Below are positions 10,172 through 19,717 of a DNA stretch of 64,000 nucleotides, in pieces. Location of the stretch: the NCBI GenBank assembly GCA_018499905.2, contig JAHBAU020000005.1, positions 2,136-66,135 of the forward strand, in the 5' to 3' direction. The notes beneath the pieces were generated by a model. That model was not told the origin of the DNA and did not search any database. It worked only from the letters and a program-made list of their open reading frames with translations. Both the position numbers and the translations under genes were made by a program. Source of the stretch: Candidatus Saccharimonadota bacterium (GTDB taxonomy: Bacteria > Patescibacteriota > Saccharimonadia > Saccharimonadales > AQU-01). Each line of letters starts with the position of its first letter. Within the stretch, counting starts at the first letter, position 1.

Positions 10172-10750
10172 TTAGTTGCCGCTGTTGTTGCTGGTGCTTG
10201 GTGTCGTGCTGGTCTGACACTTTTGACCATCTGGGTTCTGCTTCTGGTACTCAGCCACAGCCTTTGCGACTTGGCCATCTTCTTTAAGATTTTCCCAGAA
10301 GATAACTTGCTCACGATTGATCAACATCTCGTCCTGTGGGCCATGAAGCTCACAACCGAGTTTGACGAGTGATACATCATTCTGTGTTGATTGGTTGCTC
10401 GTGTTTTGGTCAGGCTGAACGGTTTGGTTAACCCGCAAGTAGTAAATATCTTGCAGGCGCAGGTATGAGTTGTTCAATGATGTGATTTGGCCAAAATATA
10501 CCTGGCCACCGTTCAAAAAGACCGCTTGATATTTGCCTGTAGTAACGTATTTGGACTCGCCGGTTTCGTTTTTTGATGTCGCCATCATTAAGACGGAACC
10601 TGCAAGCACGACGGCTACCGAAACCAAAAGGGCAAATGAAACCCACTTTAGCCACTTTGGCCCATCGTTCTTCTTAGATCTATTGTTGACAGCAGCTGGG
10701 GCTGGGCTTGCTGCCTGGCCTTGATGTGCTGTACGTTGCGGAAACTCCAT
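10172..10750 (-). CDS. CPR-type conserved single-TM hypothetical protein
   Basis: YQAVFLNGGQVYFG...LVKLGCELHGPQDEMLINREQVIFWENLK; GAGG RBS. Confidence 0.75.
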   Translation of the reverse strand: MEFPQRTAHQGQAASPAPAAVNNRSKKNDGPKWLKWVSFALLVSVAVVLAGSVLMMATSKNETGESKYVTTGKYQAVFLNGGQVYFGQITSLNNSYLRLQDIYYLRVNQTVQPDQNTSNQSTQNDVSLVKLGCELHGPQDEMLINREQVIFWENLKEDGQVAKAVAEYQKQNPDGQKCQTSTTPSTSNNSGN

Positions 10751-11035
10751 GTTATTCCACCTCTTCCCTCTTTAGAATTTTGTAGTTACGCGTGTAAGTG
10801 TACCGCATAAGCGCAATGGTCTGCAACTGGTTTTGAACAAGATTATAGGTTGTTTGTCTGCTGTATCATCTTGAAAATTCACAGAGATACGGGGTTACAT
10901 CAATATTAACAGGGGTAATACTGTAGAAAAAGAAGATAATAGTATGATTTACTGGGGCGAACAGGGTTGACAAGCCAAAACCCTCCAGAGTATGTTAGGG
11001 ATACTACTAACTATAAGAGAGGGAGAATTGTAGCA

Positions 11036-11230
11036 ATGGCCTACAAGCACACTAATTCAAAAGGGGTGACTTACTACCTTAATTCTAAAGTTGTAACACT
11101 TCGTGGTGGCAAACAGCAGACTATCTATTACTTCAGCAAGGACGAGCGTCCTGAAGGTTGTGAGCTGCCAGCTGGTTTTTCAGTAAACGAAAACCCACGC
11201 AATGGTTTCTTGACCGTTAAGCGCGGTTAA
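11036..11230 (+). CDS. small basic conserved hypothetical protein (64 aa)
   Basis: TTGACA promoter at 10967, GAGGGAG RBS, MAYKHTNSKGVTYYL...LPAGFSVNENPRNG. Confidence 0.8.
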   Translation: MAYKHTNSKGVTYYLNSKVVTLRGGKQQTIYYFSKDERPEGCELPAGFSVNENPRNGFLTVKRG

Positions 11231-11254
11231 TTTAGAAGCAAAAGTACACCAAAT

Positions 11255-11299
11255 CCGCCCGTAAGCCGAGTCTCTTCCATGAGCTCGCCGGGCGGTTTT
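11255..11299 (+). terminator. intrinsic terminator
   Basis: CCGCCCG / CGGGCGG followed by TTTT. Confidence 0.6.
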
Positions 11300-11389
11300 G
11301 TATGTATTGGAATCCTATGTTAAAAGTGGTCATCACCCTGTAGTTTATGGGCTAAGGTTGCGATAATTAGGTATAATAGAGTGTAAGAT

Positions 11390-12148
11390 ATGAGCGAAAA
11401 TATATTAGAGGTGACTGGTCTGACCAAGCGCTATGGTGACAAAACGGCCGTAAAGGGCATTACTTTTAGCGTAAAAAAGGGTGAAATCTTTGGTATTTTG
11501 GGTCCAAACGGGGCCGGGAAGACCACGACGCTCGAAATGATTGAAGCTATGCGTCCCATTGACGGCGGTGAAGCTATCCTAAACGGTGTTGATGTCGCGA
11601 AGCATCCTGAAAAAATTAGGCGTTTTATTGGTGTTCAGCCACAATCACCAGCGTTTCAAGACAAAACAAAATTATCAGAACTCCTCGTGATGTTTGCCGC
11701 TGCTTATGGTGAGAAAGTTAATGCCAAGAAATTCTTAGAAGAGGTTCAGCTACTCGACAAAGCCAATAGCTATATTGAACAGCTGTCCGGTGGCCAAAAG
11801 CAACGGTTTAGTATTGCTGCGGCCCTCGTCCATAGCCCCAAAGTGTTTTTTATGGATGAGCCGACTACTGGCCTTGATCCGCAGGCGAGGCGTAATCTAT
11901 GGGATCTGGTGCAGGAGATTCGCCAAAAGGGTATCACTGTTATCTTGACGACGCATTATATGGAAGAGGCCGAGTTGTTATGCGATCGGGTGGCCATTAT
12001 GGATAAAGGCAAGATTATTGCTATTGATTCGCCTAAAAACCTGGTCAAGCAGCTGCTCGGACGTGGCTTTAAGAAGCAACAGCACGTTGAGCAGGCCAAT
12101 CTTGAAGATGTATTTATTGATTTAACTGGAAAGCAGTTGAGGGAGTAG
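11390..12148 (+). CDS. ABC-2 exporter ATP-binding subunit
   Basis: GPNGAGKTT, LSGGQKQR, DEPTTGLD, TTHYMEEAE. Confidence 0.95.
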   Translation: MSENILEVTGLTKRYGDKTAVKGITFSVKKGEIFGILGPNGAGKTTTLEMIEAMRPIDGGEAILNGVDVAKHPEKIRRFIGVQPQSPAFQDKTKLSELLVMFAAAYGEKVNAKKFLEEVQLLDKANSYIEQLSGGQKQRFSIAAALVHSPKVFFMDEPTTGLDPQARRNLWDLVQEIRQKGITVILTTHYMEEAELLCDRVAIMDKGKIIAIDSPKNLVKQLLGRGFKKQQHVEQANLEDVFIDLTGKQLRE

Positions 12149-13255
12149 GTGATGAGTAAGAAGGCCTGGTTTACCGTAATAACCTTTGCTCGACTGAATA
12201 CCAGACGGTTTTTTAGGGACAAGCTCGCACTATTCTTTACGGTCATTTTTCCACTCATCTTTTTGCTTATTTTTGGTGCAATGAGCCGCGGCGGCGATCT
12301 GTCATTCAAGATCGCGCTTATTAATCAATCTGATACCGAATTTGCTAGACAATACGTCGAAAACGCCAAAGGTGACAAACTCTTTAAAATAAACGATGAC
12401 GTCACCACGCTTGAGCAGGCGCAAGAGAAAATGAAGCGCAGTGAGATTGACGCAACTATTGTGCTGCCAAAAGAATTCGGACAAGTAAACGACAAGCAGC
12501 CAACCGGCCAGGCCAAAGTGATCTACACCGCCAATAACGAACAATCAGCACAAACACTACTTTCGGTTCTGGAGGCCCAATTTAAAGAGATTAACAATCA
12601 GCTGGTCCCCACCGCTGAACCGTTTACGGTGGCCGGTGAGCGTTCTAACGAAAGAAGCCTGTCGCGCTTTGACTACACATTTGCCGGGTTACTTGGCTTC
12701 TCTATCATTGGCTTAGGTATATTTGGCCCGGTTAACGTCTTTCCAGAGCTCAAGAAGCAGGGGATTTTGCGGCGCCTACACACTACGCCGCTCAAGGTCT
12801 GGCAGTATTTTGTATCAAATGTGATCGCCCAAGCGGTGGTGGGGCTCATAACGCTCAGCGTGTCGTTTATCGTGGCTATTTTGATCTTTGATCTTAAGGT
12901 TGTCGGCAGCTACTTAGATCTGGCAGCCTTCATTGTGCTGAGTATCATATCGATTTACGGCATTGGTCTAGCTATAGGTGGCTGGGCTAAGAACGAGCGC
13001 CAAGCGGCGCCGCTGTCTAATATTGTTGTGTTTCCAATGATGTTCCTTTCGGGCACCTTTTTCCCGCGATACGCCATGCCCCAGTGGCTGCAGGGTATCT
13101 CAGACTACCTGCCGCTCACTCCAGTGATTGACGGCATTCGACTAATTGCCACAGAAGGCAAAGGCCTGACAGATGTCACCTCACAGCTTGGCTTAATTGC
13201 TATCTGGACCGTCATCATTTACATTATCGCCTTCCGCACCTTCCGTTGGGAGTAA
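12149..13255 (+). CDS. ABC-2 exporter permease
   Basis: TM plus extracellular domain plus 5 TM; PMMFLSGTFFP..MPQWLQ. Confidence 0.9.
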   Translation: MMSKKAWFTVITFARLNTRRFFRDKLALFFTVIFPLIFLLIFGAMSRGGDLSFKIALINQSDTEFARQYVENAKGDKLFKINDDVTTLEQAQEKMKRSEIDATIVLPKEFGQVNDKQPTGQAKVIYTANNEQSAQTLLSVLEAQFKEINNQLVPTAEPFTVAGERSNERSLSRFDYTFAGLLGFSIIGLGIFGPVNVFPELKKQGILRRLHTTPLKVWQYFVSNVIAQAVVGLITLSVSFIVAILIFDLKVVGSYLDLAAFIVLSIISIYGIGLAIGGWAKNERQAAPLSNIVVFPMMFLSGTFFPRYAMPQWLQGISDYLPLTPVIDGIRLIATEGKGLTDVTSQLGLIAIWTVIIYIIAFRTFRWE

Positions 13256-13363
13256 GACACACTAACTGCCGCACCAACCGGGTCGAGATCTAACACTTAT
13301 GCCGGCCAGTTTCGCGCTTACCCCCGCTTCTGATGTAGAACTATAGATGACACTTAGGGTTGG

Positions 13364-13420
13364 GCTGGCATGTGTATGTCGTAAATACGCTTGCGTATCT
13401 TACGACATACACATGCCAGC
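13364..13420. repeat. near-perfect 57-bp palindrome
   Basis: 21-bp perfect arms GCTGGCATGTGTATGTCGTAA / TTACGACATACACATGCCAGC plus inner ATACGC/GCGTAT. Confidence 0.9.
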
Positions 13421-13474
13421 GCGCGCATCAGTAGCAATCCAACGAGCGCGAAACAACACTAAACGTAAGTGGGG

Positions 13475-13503
13475 TGGACAAATAAGCATAAGTGTGGTAT
13501 AAT
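13475..13503 (+). promoter_or_regulatory. sigma70 promoter
   Basis: TGGACA-17 nt-TATAAT with extended TG. Confidence 0.7.
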
Positions 13504-13513
13504 CCGTACTGTT

Positions 13514-14011
13514 ATGGCATCCAAATCTCGTCCCAGTCCCGGTTTCGGCCAAAAATCCATATTTGACACTGGTGAAATAGACCCGACACCCTTTGAAGCT
13601 CAGCCAGATTCTCGCTACGCGTACCCGCCTGGAACCATCTATGAAGTTTCCGGTAGGGGTAAAGGGCGTCTTAGTGATCATAGTGGGCCAATTCCGCGAC
13701 CACAGATTTTAGCAGGAATGTCTGATGATGACATTAGGGTTCAGCACGCAATAAATACTGAAGGTGCGGCGATGGTGGCGGAGATAATGGGAAATTCACA
13801 GACTGTAATGCCTGCAGTTCATCCAGAATATATTGATCCAGAATCAGGTCATGCCATACTCGGGGCTGCAAAGGAGTATACGGATCCGCATGGTTTAGCC
13901 ATTAATCCTGCTGTAGCCGCAGCCCCTGAGGAACCAACATGGGCTCAGGCGTTTGTCGCGGAGCTTAAGGCCAGCATGCAGCATCCCCATTCAACACGAC
14001 GTCGTTGGTAA
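13514..14011 (+). CDS. hypothetical protein
   Basis: ATG 10 nt after TATAAT; no recognised motif. Confidence 0.55.
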   Translation: MASKSRPSPGFGQKSIFDTGEIDPTPFEAQPDSRYAYPPGTIYEVSGRGKGRLSDHSGPIPRPQILAGMSDDDIRVQHAINTEGAAMVAEIMGNSQTVMPAVHPEYIDPESGHAILGAAKEYTDPHGLAINPAVAAAPEEPTWAQAFVAELKASMQHPHSTRRRW

Positions 14012-14080
14012 GTCGGGCTGACTGGCAAGTGAGGATTGTAAAACGAACCTTCATAAGGGATAGTAACTGCAGCATTTAGT

Positions 14081-15082
14081 ATGACCCACCAACAACCTTT
14101 ATTTATTTTGGCACCGATGGACGAAGTGACGGACACGGTTTTCCGGCAAATTATTGCTAGTACAGCCAAGCCGGATCTGTTTTTTACGGAATTTGTAAAT
14201 GTTGATGGTCTGAATAGTCCGGGCAGGGAAAAGCTGCTGCCAAAACTCCGGTTTACGGCCAGCGAACAACCGCTTATTGCCCAGGTTTGGGGCAAAAAAC
14301 CAGAGAATTTTTATCTATTTTGTCAGCAAGTCGCTGATGGCTCGCTCGCCAAGGAACTAGGGCTACCAGCGGGCGTGAACTTTGCCGGGGTAGACCTCAA
14401 TATGGGGTGCCCAGCCAAATCTGAAGTGCAAAACGGCACCTGCGCGGCGCTCATTAAGCCAGAAAACAGGGAACTGGCACTCGCCATAATCCGAGCCAGT
14501 AGGGAAGGCCTGGCAGCTTCCCCGACTCCCCTGCCCCTCAGCGTCAAGACAAGGCTGGGCTTTTCAGACGTAGATTTTACCTGGCACAAGGCCCTACTTT
14601 CAGAAAAGCTTAACATGTTAACCATTCATGGCAGAACGCGGAAGCAAATGAGCAAAGTCCCAGCCGACTGGAGTCTGATAGGTGAAGTAGTCAAGCTGCG
14701 CGACAGCCTTTCCCCTGCCACCAAAATAGTCGGTAACGGTGATGTAATGAGCAAAGATCAGGGCAGACAGCTCGCCGAGCAATATGGACTAGACGGTATT
14801 ATGATTGGTCGTGGCATCTTCTCTGACCCGTTTGTGTTTGCCGACGCTTCACCTTGGGAAGCAATGACGCGCCAGGAGCGCATCGCGCTGTACACAAGGC
14901 ACGTACAGCTATACCAACAGACATGGGGTGATAGCTATCGCCCGGTCCGGGTACTCAATAAGTTTTGCAAAGTGTACATTAATGGTTTTGACGGGGCCAA
15001 GGAGTTACGTGAGCAGCTGATGGCTGCTACCTCAACCGCACAGCTACTATCCTTACTGGATCAAACCAAACAAAGCGCCTAG
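14081..15082 (+). CDS. dus: tRNA-dihydrouridine synthase
   Basis: LAPMDEVTD, DLNMGCP, SVKTRLG, TIHGRT, GNGDV, GIMIGRG. Confidence 0.92.
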   Translation: MTHQQPLFILAPMDEVTDTVFRQIIASTAKPDLFFTEFVNVDGLNSPGREKLLPKLRFTASEQPLIAQVWGKKPENFYLFCQQVADGSLAKELGLPAGVNFAGVDLNMGCPAKSEVQNGTCAALIKPENRELALAIIRASREGLAASPTPLPLSVKTRLGFSDVDFTWHKALLSEKLNMLTIHGRTRKQMSKVPADWSLIGEVVKLRDSLSPATKIVGNGDVMSKDQGRQLAEQYGLDGIMIGRGIFSDPFVFADASPWEAMTRQERIALYTRHVQLYQQTWGDSYRPVRVLNKFCKVYINGFDGAKELREQLMAATSTAQLLSLLDQTKQSA

Positions 15083-15125
15083 ACAAACGTGTCATAATAG
15101 AGGTATCAGTCGTAGCTTGATATCC

Positions 15126-15557
15126 ATGCAAACAAACAGAAACTACTACCAGCAAAAATCATCCAAAAAACGATGGTTTATTATTGCATTTATTGTCCTG
15201 TTGTTCGTGGCGATAATTATTTTCGTCGTGTGGTTGTTTTCTCGATACACTCGCTCGGATCCGCCAAGTATAACCAGCGTAAAAGGAGCGAGCACCCAGA
15301 TTGAAGTTAAAAAGAACACCGTCATTGAGACCGAGATGATTCCTTTTGGCGTGAAGACCGTAGATGATGCGACGAAGTATGTTGGCTCATCAACTGTTAT
15401 CACGCCCGGGGCTTACGGCGTTCGCACTATGACATACGAAGTAACCCCCGGCGCAGCCCCAGGCCAAGAAAAAAAGCTCATCAGCGATGAAGTAACCACC
15501 GCCCCAGTCGATAAAGTAGTCTCGATAGGCACAAAAAAATCCGGTGACCCGGAGTAA
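15126..15557 (+). CDS. single-TM G5-domain protein
   Basis: IPFGVKTVDD...VITPGAYGVRTMTY...TAPVDKVVSIGTK. Confidence 0.75.
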   Translation: MQTNRNYYQQKSSKKRWFIIAFIVLLFVAIIIFVVWLFSRYTRSDPPSITSVKGASTQIEVKKNTVIETEMIPFGVKTVDDATKYVGSSTVITPGAYGVRTMTYEVTPGAAPGQEKKLISDEVTTAPVDKVVSIGTKKSGDPE

Positions 15558-15751
15558 ATTACATTTTAGGCAGAGGGGCAGGCTTTGGCGAGAAGCCTGT
15601 CTAAATGAGCCACATTACCTTCTTTGTGGGTTTGAGTAGTAACTTATGGAACCTGGTATACAAACTACTGAAGGGTTGGCATAAGGTGCTATCCGCTACT
15701 GAACTACCAATGTTGATATTCACTACTAATGTTGCGTAAAATCAAGCTCTA

Positions 15752-16429
15752 TCAGCGAGCTTTAATCAGTTTAAACACCGCGAAGTGTGGGTATTGAACT
15801 TTTTCTTCATGGTTGGTTGCTGGCTTTGGCTCTAGTAGTTTGGTAATAGCTAGCCCTGCTTTCGTAAATGCATCGACATAATCTTCAAACAGCCGGTAGT
15901 AGTTAAACCGTTTGATGCCTTGCCATGTTTCGTACTGCTTGCCTCTTAAAAAGTAATCTTTCTTGCTGTTGTACCTCATCATTTTAATTACGGGATGAGG
16001 GACAGCGATGATTATTTGTCCATTGTCTTTTAGGACACGCTTAAATCCCGCAAGAACTTCAACAATGTCCTGTACATACATTATGGCAAGAATTGAAATA
16101 ACATTGTCGAATTGCTCATCATCAAACGTTAGATTTTGAATATTCATGACTTGATGTATTGTGTTCTTGAGCCCGAGGGCTAGTGCCTTTTCGATATTCT
16201 TGGTACCAACATCAATGCCAGTGACTATTGCACCTAGGGAAGAGGCCTTTACGCACTCTTGGCCGTCACCACATCCTGCGAAAAGGACTGTGCTGCCACT
16301 ACTAATACTCGCCAGATTATATACGATGTCACGTAAGCCTTGGACGGCAGGATTTGCTGATTGCTTCTTTGCCCATTCGTCCGACTGCTCGTCATACAGT
16401 TTTTGCGCTTCGTCACCATCGTTGTTCAT
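15752..16429 (-). CDS. class I SAM-dependent methyltransferase
   Basis: VLFAGCGDG, VTGID, FDDEQFD, RVLKDNG; start at MNNDG after TGTTATCAT-N6. Confidence 0.85.
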   Translation of the reverse strand: MNNDGDEAQKLYDEQSDEWAKKQSANPAVQGLRDIVYNLASISSGSTVLFAGCGDGQECVKASSLGAIVTGIDVGTKNIEKALALGLKNTIHQVMNIQNLTFDDEQFDNVISILAIMYVQDIVEVLAGFKRVLKDNGQIIIAVPHPVIKMMRYNSKKDYFLRGKQYETWQGIKRFNYYRLFEDYVDAFTKAGLAITKLLEPKPATNHEEKVQYPHFAVFKLIKAR

Positions 16430-16443
16430 ACAGTAATGATAAC

Positions 16444-16469
16444 AAAAAAGCACTTCTCTAAAAGTGCTT
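16444..16469 (-). terminator. terminator after tRNA-Ile2
   Basis: AAGCACTT / AAGTGCTT stem with U-tract on the minus strand. Confidence 0.55.
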
Positions 16470-16474
16470 ATGTG

Positions 16475-16550
16475 TGGTGGGGGTGGTTGGGTTCGAACCA
16501 ACGACCAAAGGATTATGAGTCCTCTGCTCTAACCACTGAGCTACACCCCC
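16475..16550 (-). tRNA. tRNA with CAT anticodon, most likely tRNA-Ile2 (lysidine type)
   Basis: GGGGGTGTAGCTCAGTGGTTAGAGCAGAGGACTCATAATCCTTTGGTCGTTGGTTCGAACCCAACCACCCCCACCA; full cloverleaf, encoded CCA; D and anticodon arms resemble bacterial Ile2. Confidence 0.88.
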
Positions 16551-16628
16551 AAGGCAGCGAACGGAACGGTGATTAACAGATGAAAGTATATCAGAATTAC
16601 TAGATGAGATATATAATTACACTGTAGA

Positions 16629-17090
16629 ATGCTCAATCAAATAAAAACCTATAAACAACGATACCTAGGCAGTCAGCTCAGCGACATACGCAATCTGGCT
16701 CTGATTGCCTTTGGCATAATTGTTATTCTGGTCAGCTGGAGTGGTGTTAAGGCCATTCAACGAAATTACGAACTGCAAAAACAAATAGCCAAATTAGAGC
16801 AGGAAACTGCAGTGCAGCGTCTGGAGAACGATAACCAGACACTGCGCAACCAATATTTAGAAACCAATCAATACCTGGAATTAGCCGCTAGGGGCCAATT
16901 TGGGCTGGCCGCACCTGGAGAGAATGTCGTGATTGTGCCAAAAGCTGTGGCTTTAGCTAAAGTAGCGGACGTGAAGATCGATACCGGTTTATCGGCCGAG
17001 CAGGTAACCGACACTAAGCCAGCCTACCAGCGGAACATCGAGGCCTGGTTAGACTTCTTTTTGGGGCGTGCGGATCAGCCACAGCGATAA
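16629..17090 (+). CDS. septum formation initiator (DivIC/FtsB-like)
   Basis: TM plus coiled coil plus LELAARGQFGLAAPGE. Confidence 0.75.
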   Translation: MLNQIKTYKQRYLGSQLSDIRNLALIAFGIIVILVSWSGVKAIQRNYELQKQIAKLEQETAVQRLENDNQTLRNQYLETNQYLELAARGQFGLAAPGENVVIVPKAVALAKVADVKIDTGLSAEQVTDTKPAYQRNIEAWLDFFLGRADQPQR

Positions 17091-18389
17091 AAGGCCGGCT
17101 GCGAACGTCATAACAAAACAGAGCACGATGGTTGATTGGTAAAGTTTTGAGCTGTCAAACAAACCAAGTACTGCAACCGTTACTAAGCCGGCAACCCGTG
17201 ACACAGCATTATTAATGCCAGATGCGATGCCGGAATCTTCATCGGCCACTGCACCCATCACTGTAATTGTTAAGGGCGATACCGTGACTGCTAAGCCTGT
17301 CGCGAAGAGTAGTACGCCGGGCAATACGCTGGTTAGGTAACCAGCTCCTGACTCTAAGCCGTAGAGGTATAAGATGCCAATACTTGCAATGATTGGCCCG
17401 GCTGTCATGAATCGTCTGGGCCCGTATTGCCCGGCCAGCCGGCCAGCTCTGGCGGACAGTAGCAGTAACATGGCGGTTATGGGGATAAGGCTGAGTCCAG
17501 CTTTGGTGCCGGAATAGCCCAGGACTGTTTGAAGGTGTATGACGAGCGCAAATAAAAAGGCGCTCAGGGCTCCATACATGGTAAAAGTCATAAGGTTGGC
17601 GCCGCTAAAATTCCGCGAACCAAAAAGCTGCAATTTGACCATCGGATCGGCCGTCTGGCGCTCTCGCCAAAGAAAAGCCAAGATTGCCAGTACGCCAATA
17701 CCAATACTCAGTAGCGCCACTCCGTCCCATTGGCGATTCGGCCCCTCTATCAAGCCGTAGGTAAGGCCGGCCAAGCTGATGGCCGCAAAACCGGCGCCCG
17801 GTACGTCTATACGCCGAGCCTTCGCTGAACTGCGAGATTCCTTCATGCCCAGCACGGCTAGTATGCAGCAAACAATAACGAGCGGCACATTGATGATAAA
17901 TATCCAGCGCCATGACATGGTGTCGACAATGTAGCCACCAAGTGTTGGCCCGATTGCTGCTGACAATGCTGACCATGCCGTCCAGGTTCCAATCGCGCCG
18001 GCGCGGGCAGATTTTTCAAAATTGGCGGTAATGTTTGCCAGCCCGCCGGGAACAAGTAGTGCGCCGAATACCCCCTGAAGTGCCCGGGCAGCAACTAAAA
18101 ATGACGTACTTGGCGCCAGCCCGCACAATAATGAAGATAGCCCAAACCCAACCAGCCCAATCACATACATTTTTTTGCGGCCAAAAATATCACCTAGTGA
18201 ACCGCCAAGCAGCAAGAGGGCGGATAGCGTCAGCAAGTAGCCGTTTACTATCCATTGAAGGCCGCTAAATCCCGCTCCCAGATCACTTGAGATGTGCGGA
18301 AGGGCAATATTTACAACTGTCCCGTCCAAAATCACAATCCCGCTTCCAAGAATGGTCGCTGCCAGCGTCAATCTTTGTTTTGTTGTCAT
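17049..18389 (-). CDS. MFS drug:H+ antiporter (EmrB/QacA family)
   Basis: LDGTVVNIALP, GSLGDIFGRKK, GPTLGG...WRWIFIINVP. Confidence 0.92.
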   Translation of the reverse strand: MTTKQRLTLAATILGSGIVILDGTVVNIALPHISSDLGAGFSGLQWIVNGYLLTLSALLLLGGSLGDIFGRKKMYVIGLVGFGLSSLLCGLAPSTSFLVAARALQGVFGALLVPGGLANITANFEKSARAGAIGTWTAWSALSAAIGPTLGGYIVDTMSWRWIFIINVPLVIVCCILAVLGMKESRSSAKARRIDVPGAGFAAISLAGLTYGLIEGPNRQWDGVALLSIGIGVLAILAFLWRERQTADPMVKLQLFGSRNFSGANLMTFTMYGALSAFLFALVIHLQTVLGYSGTKAGLSLIPITAMLLLLSARAGRLAGQYGPRRFMTAGPIIASIGILYLYGLESGAGYLTSVLPGVLLFATGLAVTVSPLTITVMGAVADEDSGIASGINNAVSRVAGLVTVAVLGLFDSSKLYQSTIVLCFVMTFAAGLLSLWLIRTPQKEV

Positions 18390-18484
18390 TGGATTACTAA
18401 CTCGACACCGTGTTTATTTACCATGCGATGATTATACCGTCATAGGCCAAACTGCCCTATGAAATAGATGTTAAAATACAAGAC

Positions 18485-18973
18485 ATGAACCGAAAAATAC
18501 TGATCGGATTAGCAGCCTTTATTGCAACAGTTGCGGGCGGCATGTTTTATTTATCGCAATCTGAAACTGGTGGTCTTGATTCGATGGCCAGCACCTCTGC
18601 CTCACCCTCGCCAACTCCGACGCCACCTGGGGCCACCCCAGCACCCGAAACCAGCGAGTCCACGCCAAGCGGCTCGTACGTAAACTACACTGACGATGTC
18701 ATTGCCCAAACCAGTGGTACCAAGATTTTGTTTTTCCATGCGCCTTGGTGTCCGCAGTGCCGAGCTTTAGAAGCTGATATACAAGCAAAGGGCGTTCCGA
18801 GCGGCGTCACCATTATTAAAGTCGACTATGACAGCAATCAGAGCTTGCGGCAGAAGTATGGCGTTACCATCCAGACGTCATTGGTTAAAATAGATGACCA
18901 GGCAAATTTGGTTGAAAAGTATGTTGCGTATAACGATCCGAGTGTCGCCAGCATAATCGAAAATCTATTGTAA
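18485..18973 (+). CDS. membrane-anchored thioredoxin-family protein
   Basis: FFHAPWCPQC, LRQKYGVTIQ. Confidence 0.88.
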   Translation: MNRKILIGLAAFIATVAGGMFYLSQSETGGLDSMASTSASPSPTPTPPGATPAPETSESTPSGSYVNYTDDVIAQTSGTKILFFHAPWCPQCRALEADIQAKGVPSGVTIIKVDYDSNQSLRQKYGVTIQTSLVKIDDQANLVEKYVAYNDPSVASIIENLL

Positions 18974-19713
18974 TGGCCCTCTTAGTACTGTCGTTTATTG
19001 CCGGTGTGCTGACGGTTGCCGCGCCGTGTATTTTGCCGCTGTTGCCGGTTATTGTTGGTGGCTCACTTTTGAATAGATCACAAGAAGCTCCCGAAAAGCG
19101 TTGGGTAAGGCCGGTGATTATTGCTGGTAGCCTGGCGGTTTCGGTTATGGTTTTTACGCTATTATTAAAGGCAACCACCTCGCTACTCGGCGTGCCGCAA
19201 TCGGCTTGGCAAATACTGTCGGGTATTATCGTGACTGGCCTGGGGCTGTACTACCTTTGGCCAAAAATCTGGGAAACGGTCTCGTTTAAGGGCGGCCTTA
19301 TGATCAAAAGTAATGCTGTGTTGGCTAGAGCCAACCGTGTTAATGGCTGGGCGGGCCCGGCGCTCATTGGTGCATCACTAGGGCCGGTATTCAATAGCTG
19401 TAGCCCGACGTACGCGCTGATTGTGGCGACAATTTTGCCAGTGTCATTTGCCTCCGGGCTCCTGTATCTTATGGCCTACGCGGTTGGCATGAGCCTGACT
19501 TTATTAACGGTCGCATATGCTGGACAGGCAGCGACTGCCAAGTTACGATTTGCGGCTAACCCGGTTGGCTGGTTTAGGCGCAGTATCGGACTCATCTTTA
19601 TTATTGTGGGCCTATCGGTCATCTTTGGATTAGACAAACAATTTCAGACGTATGTACTAGAGCGCGGTTGGTACGACCCAGTAAGCTCTATTGAGCGTCG
19701 CTTGGCAAAGTAG
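18973..19713 (+). CDS. ccdA: CcdA/DsbD-type membrane electron carrier
   Basis: AGVLTVAAPCILPLLP and GPVFNSCSP catalytic Cys pair. Confidence 0.85.
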   Translation: MALLVLSFIAGVLTVAAPCILPLLPVIVGGSLLNRSQEAPEKRWVRPVIIAGSLAVSVMVFTLLLKATTSLLGVPQSAWQILSGIIVTGLGLYYLWPKIWETVSFKGGLMIKSNAVLARANRVNGWAGPALIGASLGPVFNSCSPTYALIVATILPVSFASGLLYLMAYAVGMSLTLLTVAYAGQAATAKLRFAANPVGWFRRSIGLIFIIVGLSVIFGLDKQFQTYVLERGWYDPVSSIERRLAK

Positions 19714-19717
19714 ACAT

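Noticed and set aside
15600..15720. CTACTGAACTACC segment resembling an antisense tRNA D-arm or an att scar for tRNA-Ile2
   Set aside because: No cloverleaf, T-loop or exact repeat of the tRNA 3' end could be built
16430..16501. N-terminal extension of the methyltransferase ORF into tRNA-Ile2
   Set aside because: Overlaps the tRNA and its terminator; a better start at 16429 follows an extended -10
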